Shown piece by piece: positions 39,354 through 49,110 of a DNA stretch of 64,000 bases. The translations under genes were made by a program, and so were the position numbers. The notes under the pieces were generated by a model, which did not search any database, was not told where the DNA came from, and worked only from the letters and a program-made list of their open reading frames with translations. The DNA is from Lama glama (taxonomy: Eukaryota), in contig CM052817.1 in NCBI GenBank assembly GCA_028534125.1, positions 70,062,001-70,126,000 on the forward strand. Direction: 5' to 3'. Each line of letters opens with the position of its first letter. The first letter of the stretch is position 1.

Positions 39354-39701
39354 AACTGCACCCCTCGGGTTCGCCGGGCCCGGGGGAGGTGACGCCCCGA
39401 GCTGGGCCGCGTGCAGGGTTGCGGGCGCGTCCCGGCTCCTCGGCCCGAGAGCGCGCAGCCTGGTCCCTCCTCCGCGCCCTGCCCCGCAGGTGAGCGGCTG
39501 CGCCTCCCCACTGCTTCTCCTCCTCCCGCGCCTCGCCGGCGCTGAAAAGCTACCCACTTGCGTCGCTTCTCCTCCCCTTCCCCTCCCCCGCCTCAAGCTC
39601 TCCTTGGCTGCCCGCTGTGGGGGAGGAGGGGGACCGCGAGGAGGTGGTGATTGAGGACTTTTTTTTTTTTCTTTTCCCAGAGCCTGTAGGACGAGTCCTA
39701 G

Positions 39702-39702
<1 letters not shown>

Positions 39703-39762
<60 letters not shown>

Positions 39763-39772
39763 CGCGCGCGCG
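39703..39772. repeat. Microsatellite (TG)29-TT-(CG)5, Z-DNA-prone
   Basis: Directly read; lies just upstream of the inferred P1 TSS. Confidence 0.95.
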
Positions 39773-40457
39773 CTTGAGGAAAAATTTAGGCAACTTGTCG
39801 AGGAAGGAAGGACCCGACGCTTCTTGAGCTTTCACGCGCTGCCCACGTGAAATTGACAAGAAACTCTGACCGAATGGTTTAACTTCACCATCTAAGTATC
39901 TTTCTCTTGTCCCTTCCCACCCACCCCCCTTCCTCCGCCAGTCTCTCCCCCACCTCCTTTCCGCCGCCCTCTCACCCTCCCCTACTCTGGCAGTGGGAAG
40001 AAGATGAAAGAGAAGCCGCCGCAGCTGTGATCGACACCACATTGATAGATGCTCTGACGGGATGAGGCGGGAATCAAGGATAGAAGGAAAAGGGGGAACA
40101 ACACATTGCTCAACTAATAAGAGAGAACGGAAGCGAGAAGAACAAGAGAGTTGTGGCTTTTCTAAATATGTTGTAAAAGGACAAGGGAATACATGCTAGC
40201 AAAAACAAAATCTCCAGGCTTACCGAAAAAAATAGGACGACGAAGAAAAAACTCAAGACTGGGTCTTAATTACTGCTTTTTAAGCAAGATCTCTTTCCTT
40301 ACCTCCTCACCATGGGACGCACAGGGAGTAATGCTAGGACTCTCATGAATTTTCGGAGATATACGCCAAGGAGGGGAAAGAGAAGGCAAAAGGACTCAGG
40401 AGAGCGAAGCCAGTGGGGGTGAGGACAGGGCAGTCTCTGGCACCTCAGACTGAACGC

Positions 40458-40530
40458 TCAAAGGGACCCTTGAAGATGCAAATCCGAATCCAACCTCAAA
40501 AATTCCCCAGCCTCCACCGTCTCTTTGATG
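40458..40530. promoter_or_regulatory. Upstream P1 element with TCF sites and an octamer
   Basis: CTTTGATG 40523-40530, CTCAAAG near 40458, ATGCAAAT 40476-40483. About 0.9-1 kb upstream of the inferred TSS, roughly where an upstream Wnt-responsive region is reported in human. Confidence 0.45.
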
Positions 40531-41939
40531 CTTTTTGTACAAGGACAGGACTTTTAAGGAGATGCTTTGTGAAAGTTACAGTATGAGCAAAGCTGAAGTT
40601 TGAAACACATTACATTTTGTTCCTTGGCTCTCAAACCTCCTCAGTTAAAAATCCAGGCAAAATTATTATACTCAATACAGTAGCCATCTGTAAAACCTCA
40701 GAACAGTAAACAAGGGGCAGGAAGAAATGTGTCTCCATCTCTCTTAAATTGAAAATAAGAAAAACATTACAGAATCAGACTTTAGCTCCATTATATAGGA
40801 ATCGTCATGCAAAGATCCCTCTTCTTTCCCTAAGGAGGAAATTGCAAGCTGCTAGATATTGTATAAGTAAAGATCTTAACAATGCTCCAAATGAGCACTC
40901 AAAACTTCGCCTACTGATAATTACTTGCTAGGGGTAGGAATTCACTAGGAGGCAATTTTAAAAACTACATCATTTAAAGGGTTAAGTTGGTCACATAGAG
41001 TGTGGCCAGTGGTCACACAGTAAATTCTATCTGGGGGGACAGGTAAAATTAAAGGGCTGGTGACGGGATCCAGGAAGAGTGAAACATTAATTCCACTTTA
41101 AATAGCCGATAATGCTATGCCTTAGAGAAGAAAAACAAAAAGAATAATCTGCTAAAATATGTAAGGCAATATTAAAAAGGTGGGGGGGACCTCAATTTTA
41201 TTTTTTGGTTGGTAGCGATACGCAACTTCTTCCGTGTAATGTCCCAGAGATGTGAACATGTAGCTGTGTCAGACATTATACCCTCTGTTCTAAAAGATAT
41301 ATGGAAAACAAAGTCAAAAGTTCTCCCACAAATGCGCCAATCTGACCGATAAGAAAAGAACTGGAAAACTCTGTTTCACCAAAGCAACCAGAGTAGAAGT
41401 TCCTTTTCATCAAACGGGGGGGGGGGGGCGGCATACAGAATGGCCAGAGGGTATTTTCTAGAAGTCAAAGAGAGCTTAAAAGACAACTCCTATACCCCCC
41501 TGTTTGTGTTGAAACTAATTCGAATCCCATTTACTCCTTCATGTTAATTATCTGGACTCCCTGAGTCATTTGGAGCTCAGCTCCAGGTGTCCTGGAGATT
41601 AGGAGTTCGAGAAGATGGGAATTTTTGGAACAATAACTAGTGGGGACCGTTTACTAGAAGGGCCGAGAGTAGGTGGCTGCGTTCTGTGTTTTGCGGCAAA
41701 TCTCCTTTGGAAACACTGTTTCTAATGAAATCACCCAGAGCCTTATACTATGTGCGTGGCTGTTTTCCCTCCTCGTGGCATGCGGGCTGTTGGCTGATTG
41801 TCCTTAGCATTGCTGCAAATCGTCTGATGAGGTGCACTTAAAAGGTGCTTTCCTAGAAAACATTTTTTTAAAGCTTGGTCTGGGAAGGAGATTGACATTT
41901 CCACGTGAAGTCTGTCTCTCCAGGGAGGAAAGGCTGGGA

Positions 41940-44060
41940 GACGCGGGAGGGGCGAAGTAACTCTGGGAAGACGTTCCTCCTTTCCTACAGGTTCGGCGAA
42001 GTTCCAGGCAAAGGTATTTCTGTTGCGGGTAAGTCTCTTCTAATTCGTGTGGGGGCTTCTATTAACATATGCAGCCGCCTCTTGGGGCGCAAAGTCCGGG
42101 ATGTGGTGGGTGCCGCGCGGGAGAAACACCGCCGCCCTCCGCCCCCTTCCCTCGGATGTAAAGGCAGGTTGTTCGTGTGAACTCGAGCGAACGACTGGAG
42201 GATGGCTGTTGCAGGTTCACTCCTTCAGGATGTGGGTATCAGGGGGCGTTTTGATGTGATTTAATTCCGACCGTGAAACAATTGCCAGGGGCTGGCTGGA
42301 TTGCTGTTGGTTTTTCCCCTCTTGGTGGCTTTGGTTGGTTGGGGTTTAGTTTGGGAGCGAACAGTGACTTGTTTTATATCAACACTTCCTTCTGCACCGG
42401 GCGCCGTCAACCTCGCTGCGCGTGGGGGGCGAGGCGCCCACCCCGCGCCGGAACAGAGGACAGGGGGCGGCAGACACAGGCCTCGCAGCCCGAAGGGTAA
42501 ACGCGGGGGGTGCCGGCAGGGGAACTAGGAGGTTGACCCCCTCCACAACCCGCCTCCCCACCCCACACACCAGAGACCCCTCCCCCTGGCGATTTTGCTG
42601 CCAAGGCAAGTCAGCTACAGACACTCAAGTGAGTCCTTAATTACAGGGAGGAGGGAAAAGCGCGGTGTCCTCCAGAGCCCTTTCCGCCTCCTCGGTCCTA
42701 ACCCCCCGCCCAGGCTCCCGGTCTCCCCCTTTGTGTGGCCTGGACTCTCTCCCAGCTACAACTTTGGTGGGATCATAAAGGAAGGAGATGGAGGGGGCCT
42801 ACGGAAGAGAATGCTGGAAGAGAGAGTAGCGAGGGTGAAGGACTAGAAAAACGAATAATGTGATTCCAGAGACGGAACTCCTGCACCCTCGATTTCCCAC
42901 TCCAGCATCACCAGGGGACTAAAGCTGCGGGCATCTTCAGTTTAACGGACTTCTCGGAAAGGGAGGGGTGGGGGCGAGGGAAATGGCAGTTTGTGTCCCA
43001 GGGGTTCTTCCGCCTCTTCTTGCCCCCACCTAAGACAAACAAACTCAACCCCCACACCCACCGGGGGTAACAGAGAACTCGTGGGACCGTGAAAATGTAG
43101 TTCCCAAATCCGGCCGCCTGCGGACGCCGGGCTTCCGCGAGCCGGCGCCGGTTGGCGTCTGCAGCTCCGCAGTCTCGCGGGGTCCGCCCACGGATCCCGC
43201 CGCGCCCCTCCAGCCTTCCCGCGGCTTCTCCCGCGCTCGTGCGAGTGGGACGTTCGGCGCCCGCGTCTCGCTGGCTGGGAGGGCCAAGGCGCGCCCGTCC
43301 AAGGGGGCGGGTCCTCACACGGCGGCCCGCAAGAGAGGGCCCCATCCCACCCTACGTACTGTGGGCTCTGCTGGCTGACCCTCTGCCAACCCGAAGGCGA
43401 GGGCCCACGTCCCGAGGGCGCCCAGAGGGAGAGGAGGCAAGTTGGGTGATTGCGGACAGGAAGGAGGGGACACGGGGCAGACTCAGAGGAGCGGCACGGG
43501 CCAGTGTGAGCTCCGCCACGCGCCCTCACCGCACGGCTCGGCGACGGGAAGCCCTGTCAACCCCCGGCGGGAACCCGGGCTCCCGCGCAGAGGAGCCGGC
43601 GTTATGTCTGGAAGGGGATCCCAGATTGGAATGGAATGGATTTGGGAGCTGGAATACATTTGCGGGCCGCAGGACGGCTCGCCTAGTGGGCTGGACGTGA
43701 AATTCTTTTCCCTCCTTTCTGAAAACTTTTCTCAGGCTCCTTAACTTGGCGTGCGGACCGGCCTCGGGCTGCGGCGGGTAGCGCAGACCTGGCGGCTCGT
43801 CCTTTGGTACCTCCCTCCGCCGCTGGTCCCCCCTCCATCCACCCTCGGGCCGAGGACGCGCGCGAGGCGCCAGCGCAGAAAGGCCGCCCGCGTGTGCGAG
43901 CCGCGCCTTATATCCGCGGAGGGCGGCGCCTGCGCAGGGCCCGGCGCGGCGGCGTGGCCTTTGAAGTCTCGGCGGCTGCCGCTTTCATCCTTTCTTTTTT
44001 CCCTTGCAGGCCCCTTTGTGTGACTAAATTTGGCAAGAATATGGATCCGAGCCAGTCTTT
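41940..44060. promoter_or_regulatory. Second CpG island upstream of LEF1 (likely LEF1-AS1 promoter/exons)
   Basis: Dense CpG/GC-rich block, GC boxes, G4 motif at 42961-42980, plus-strand splice signals; boundaries approximate. Confidence 0.85.
41991..42028 (+). ncRNA. Candidate 38-nt antisense micro-exon
   Basis: ttcctcctttcctacag|G acceptor and CGG|gtaagt donor. Confidence 0.35.
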
Positions 44061-44110
44061 CCACGTGTGCTCCCAGCTCCCAGCTGAGAAGGCCAAGGGT
44101 TCTCTTCCGG
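44010..44110 (+). ncRNA. LEF1-AS1: Candidate internal exon of the antisense lncRNA LEF1-AS1
   Basis: Strong acceptor tttcttttttcccttgcag|G and donor CGG|gtaagg, 101 nt. Position and orientation match human LEF1-AS1 (head-to-head with LEF1). No transcript evidence available. Confidence 0.55.
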
Positions 44111-44819
44111 GTAAGGAGACAGGGAGAAAGATCAAAGAGTTTGGGGAGCTGGATCTGAAATGTGAATTGAAAATAAAAATCAAGCCTGGACACATTCCAG
44201 TTTCTAAAGCAAAACCAACCCTCAGCAGAGGCCGTCTCTCTAGAACTCCCCCTCTCCCCCGCCCCGCTCCCTATACTCTCTCTCTTTCCCGCAACTATTC
44301 TTGAGCACATGGAATAAAATAAAGAGGACATAGGGAAACACTTAATTTGTCCAGATTTTACTTTGTAGTAATTTTATTAGGGAAAATATCTTGTTCATAA
44401 TTACCATTATGTGAAGCCGAATTTCTTCAGCCATAAATATTGTCTTATTTCACACTTTCTTCTGCGACCACATTTGGGAAAAGAACGTTGATACAACACA
44501 TGTGCACGTGTTTGTTGTGTAGAGTGCTTCTTTTTCTACACACCGTAAGGTGTGCCACTTAGTTTCCTTGCACAGAAGTCTGGAAAACCAGTGTTAAGAT
44601 TATTTTTACCAAAGCACTAGTTGTCACTTCTGGTCTTTATGATTTGAAATCTGATAGACTTTGGAAATATTTTCTTACACCCTGACTAGCCAGAAAGTTT
44701 CTGTCCTTATGGTAAAAAACAAAACAAAACAAAAATAACTCTAAGGCCTCTTCTTGCATACACTTCTTGAGCAATATTCTGTTGTTTCAGAAGTAACCAA
44801 TGTAAAGAGACAGCTTTGA

Positions 44820-45020
44820 AATAGTATAATGCAAAGAATCAGAAATCCTGGGTTGAAGGTAGGTGCTGCCACTCGCTTGCACGCTGTGGTGACCTCAGGC
44901 AAGCCCTTTAACCTCTCCCAGACTCAGTTTCTTTTCTGCAAAATAAGTGTAATGATAGCCTACTTGACATGATTGTTAGAAAAATTTAGTGAGATATTGC
45001 ATGTGAAAGTATGTACAAAT
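44820..45020 (+). mobile_element. MIR SINE
   Basis: gtgacctcaggcaagcccttt aacctctcccagactcagtttcttttctgcaaaataag core. Confidence 0.65.
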
Positions 45021-45211
45021 GTAAGGTAGGAAGCAACGATGATTCTTAAGGAGGCTTGCAGGTGTCGAACAAAAAGCTTCTAAAGCATTAGGAATCTTTA
45101 CCACAGGAGCAAATGGGGATAGTTTCACACTCATTCATTGCTGTGACCATCTCCACATCTGCAACACTTGTGTTACAAAGGCACAAAAATCACCTTAGCA
45201 TTTGTTACCCC

Positions 45212-45800
45212 TGTTGCTGGAGAATAGGTTCTTGCCTCACCCAGGAAGGAATTCAAGAGCAAGGCATAGTGAAGAGAAAGTAAGTTTGTGTAGAGAGATA
45301 CACACTCTGTAGACAGAGTGGGGTCCATCTCACTCAGAAGAGAAACGGGCTTAGAAGATACGTACTCCATAGGTAGGATGCAGGCCATCTCAAAAGGCAA
45401 GAGGGAGAGAGACTGAGAGGTGTGGGGGTGTTTAGTTTATAGTAAGAGTAGATACACACCCAATAGAGTGCGTGCCATCTCAGAAGGCAAGAGAGAGTGA
45501 CCACGAGGTGTGGGGTTGTTAGTTTTTATGACTTTGATAATTTCATATGCTAATGAGTAGAAAGGATTATTCCAACTACATTGGGGAAGGGGCAGAGATT
45601 TCCAGGAATTGGGCCCGCCTACTTTTTGGCCTTTATGGTCAACCTAGGGACTGTCAAGGCACCTTATGGGTGTGCCATGAGGCTCAAGGTCTACTAGGAG
45701 TCAAATTTCCCACCATCTTGGTTATAACCAGTTTGTCTTGTCCTCAATTGCTGTGTCATTCCTTCATCGTTTGTGCCCTGTCCCCTTCCCTCCTGTCTCA
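45212..45800 (-). mobile_element. Solo ERV1-class LTR, MER41-like
   Basis: 589 bp with TG...CA termini and a 4-bp CCCC TSD on both sides (45208-45211, 45801-45804). Minus-strand TATAAA at 45441-45436, GAS motif TTCCAGGAA at 45600-45608. Family assignment by resemblance only. Confidence 0.8.
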
Positions 45801-48069
45801 CCCCCAGACTGTGATGAGAGAAAGAACATTCCAGAAATAGAGATAATGTGCCTTAACTCTCCCTCATGTTTATGATAGGCTCTTAATGAATTGATAAATG
45901 AATGAATAAAAATGACATTGAGTAGAATAATTTTTGTGAGGCATATGACACAACTCACAATAACTGTGAACAGCATTGGGAATGTGATGGCCTGTGAAAG
46001 GAGTAATATACATATGGATAAAATACTCAAAACAGGAACAGAAATAAGAACACAGGGGAGTGACTAGAAAGGTGTATAAAAGATATTCCTTAAGACTGTG
46101 TAAATCCACCGGAATTTATGTTTCAGAATAGAATGTGATTATATCCCTTAGGTTGAGGCATCTCAGGTTTACAAGGCAATGAAGATGATGGCTGGAGCCG
46201 GGTGTGAAGTGACAGGAGTACCACATGTGTAGCACTTAGGGCATTTAGCTGCATGGGCTTCAAGCGTGATCCTTTCTAACCTAAGGTAACCCCCTTGATG
46301 GAGTCATTTCCTGAGCTCCACCTCCCAGTATAAACTTTTCACTGTGACCTGTGTACAAGGTGATGAAAGCAAGAGTAAGGGGTGGTTTCCGGTGTTCCGG
46401 TCTCCTTTTACTGTGGCCCAAAGCTGCCCAGTACAGAATCTTTCTGAGATGTTCCAGCTCTTTTGGCTGCCTCTGCTAGCAGCAACATGCAGCTTTCACA
46501 AATAGTGTTGAAGGGGCTCTATAGCAATGGGTGGTGGGGTGCGGAGCAGCACTTGGCGGGTAGGGAGGGGACCTTCTATTTTTATCATATCTTTCGGCAA
46601 ATATCCCAGGTTAGATGTGATTGCTGATCAAGTTTACCAGTCAACTTCAGTCCTTCCTTTCACTCTTCTTTATAGATGGCAGCCATTATGAAATTTATCC
46701 TTGGATGAAAGAAGAACATGGACCAAGGCACTGGGGGTTCTGTCTTATTTTGGGGGACAGTGAGGAGGCCCTGAAAACACTCAAGGAATATCCTGAGCCC
46801 TCCTAAAGAAAATAAATTCTCTGAAGGGGGAGGCACGGCTAAAGGATTTTTCTTATTTTCACAAGTCTGTTTCCTCAGTGAATATGGTAATAGGGATGTT
46901 TCTTGAATTGTGGTAAGTGTACTTAAGATGGATGGCCTCTGTAGTCTTCTCAGGCTCCCTGGGCTGTAGGGGCAGGGCTCTGGGCTCTGTCAGCTTTGGG
47001 CCAGCGCCTAATCCCTGGTCTGAGGCTAGAAGCCAAAGCCACAACCTTCTTGCCTGAAGGCAAGAGCAGTACCAACAGAGCCATATGGAGATTAATGCAG
47101 AACAAGGTCATTAGTCTCATTGTTTATCCAGTTACTTGCAGCACAGATTTGTGTAAATTTCAGCTACAGTGGTTGCAGCCTGCCTTTGATGTGTGTAATC
47201 TGTACATTTTCGTGCTCCAGGAAAGTGCCTGACTGACAGGAACTACATCCAATGCCCAGAAAACACATTTACACAGGCACAGTGAAGCATGGAGTCGAAC
47301 AATTTTCCAGTGAGTTCCATCAAAGTAAATAAACCAACCTGGAGGGTCAGGATTGAGCCTCCTTTTTATCAAGATGTGACTTTTGGAGGTCCTTGTGACT
47401 GATTTTTATTTGTTTTCATTTGAAACTCGGTGTCTACTTCAAACGTCCATTTACCTCTCAGAGAAGGAGGGACTTGACCTACATAACATTTGACCTTGAT
47501 GCTTTCTTTACTTGAAATACTTCTGTCTATAAAAGCAGCCTAATTGAGTGGAGTTTTCTAGACTAATTTATACGTTTATTCAAGACACAGCTTCTAGTTT
47601 TTCCTTAGCTCTGTCTTCCATGTGCAGCTATGCTTAAATTAAACTCAGAATTAGCAATTATGGGAGTAATTCAGAAGGTAGACAGAGCCAATGCAAATAG
47701 TGTAGGCTACAAAATTGTCATCTGGCTCAACGAAACACTTTTCTTTGGCAAAAATAAAGCTAGTTTGCTTGATCTGAATCTGACTTTAAGGTCCTGCAGT
47801 CCCACTCTGCCAATTACAGATCTCAAGTCCACTTCCCTTAGGTTAAATTGGCAGAAAGCAAGGGACAGAGATAAATCACTGTCCTCTGAAGTTTGATGGT
47901 GATTTTTGACTGCCAGTTCAGATAACTCTATAGACTCCCAAATTAATTTTGAGGCTTGAATTATCTAGATATTTGACCTTTGCCGTTCAAATTCTCTGCA
48001 TAATTTTTAGATTATTTTACTCTGTGTTGCAGGAACAGCAAATCTCCAGAGGCTGAGTCAGACAGCCCT

Positions 48070-48700
48070 CGTAAGATCTCTTTTCACTATTGCAGTAACC
48101 TCCTAGCTGGCCTCTGGCTTCCACTCTTGCTGGGTTCCTCACATGCCCCACAACAGTCCATGTGTCACAGAGCAGCCAAAGCCTCCTTGAATGTTTCCTT
48201 GCCATGATGGCTTCCAGGTCACTACATGAACTGGCTCCTCAGCTTTGCCTTCTACTCCTTGTTCACTGCTCTCTAGACCACTGACTCTCCTGCTGTTCCT
48301 GAAGTGTGTAAAGTGTTCATGCATGCTCACACATGCGTGCGTGCACACACACACGCTCAGTCCTTTACTTGTTGCCTCTACCCAGAAACTCCTGGCCAGG
48401 TCGATACTGGCAGGACTCACTCCTTCATGTTTCTTTTCAGATGACCAGGCCTTGTCATCTTAAAAAGTAGCCCACCTTCACCTCACCTTAACTCTGGGTA
48501 CTCTCCATCTTTTACAGGCTTCATCTTTCCTCACTCTCACTGCTGGCCATACTTTTTATACTTATGTATTACCTTTCTCTCCCACTAGAATGTAAGTTCT
48601 GTGAGAGTAGGGACTATGTTTTGTTGTATCCCCGCTGCCTACAACAGTTCTTGGGGCACAGAAAATGTACTAGATACGTATTGCATAATGAATTCATATA
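48070..48700 (+). mobile_element. L2 3'-end fragment
   Basis: ctattgcagtaacctcctagctggcctc ... ccactagaatgtaagttctgtgagagtagggact ... aatgaat terminus. Confidence 0.6.
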
Positions 48701-48828
48701 ACCTTTGAACCTTCTGGGTCCTCATCTGTAATACATCCCTTATGGGAAATAAGGTACTTATATTTGGTATAAAATTACCTGGCATATAGTATGAACACTG
48801 AATGGGAAGTAACTATAATTATGTGGAT

Positions 48829-49110
48829 CAGTACTGCCAACACAAGTATAATGAAGTCATATGTAATTTTAAATTAAAAAGCTGGAAAGAAACAGGTTAA
48901 ATTAATTTTAATAATATATTTTATTTAACCCAAATACCCAAAACATCACCATTTCAACATGTAGTCATTATCAAAACTTATTAATGAAAGACATCACATT
49001 ATTTCGTACTAAGTTTTTCAAATTTGGTGTGCCGTCCACTGACAGCACTCTCAGGTCAGACTAGCCCCATTTCGAGGGCTTAGTAGCACATCTGTAGTAA
49101 TACGGCTGCA
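48829..49110. mobile_element. MER33/MER3-like hAT-Charlie element
   Basis: aattaattttaataatatattttatttaaccc...atttcaacatgta...cagactagccccatttc signature; boundaries approximate. Confidence 0.65.

Larger units (their letters stand above)
38308..39540 (-). other. LEF1: LEF1 long GC-rich 5'UTR (exon 1 non-coding part); TSS position approximate
   Basis: Continuous GC-rich sequence upstream of the ATG. Human LEF1 has a ~1.2 kb 5'UTR with reported IRES activity. Only one upstream ATG (39009). TSS inferred, not observed. Confidence 0.75.
37070..39900. promoter_or_regulatory. CpG island spanning the LEF1 P1 promoter, exon 1 and intron 1
   Basis: Very high GC and CpG density by eye against a CpG-depleted AT-rich background; boundaries approximate. 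Confidence 0.9.

Noticed and set aside
37301..39654. Many overlapping 100-190 aa ORFs in CpG island 1
   Set aside because: Low-complexity Arg/Pro/Gly/Ala products expected from GC-rich, stop-poor DNA and microsatellites; only the LEF1 exon 1 frame is recognisable.
42908..44331. ORFs of 145-196 aa in CpG island 2
   Set aside because: Same GC-bias artefact, mostly non-ATG starts, no domain similarity. Only the ATG at 44041 is kept as a candidate.
45296..45530. Repeat-spacer-like pattern (CRISPR-like)
   Set aside because: Imperfect internal duplications of an LTR in mammalian DNA; no constant repeat/unique spacer structure and no cas genes.
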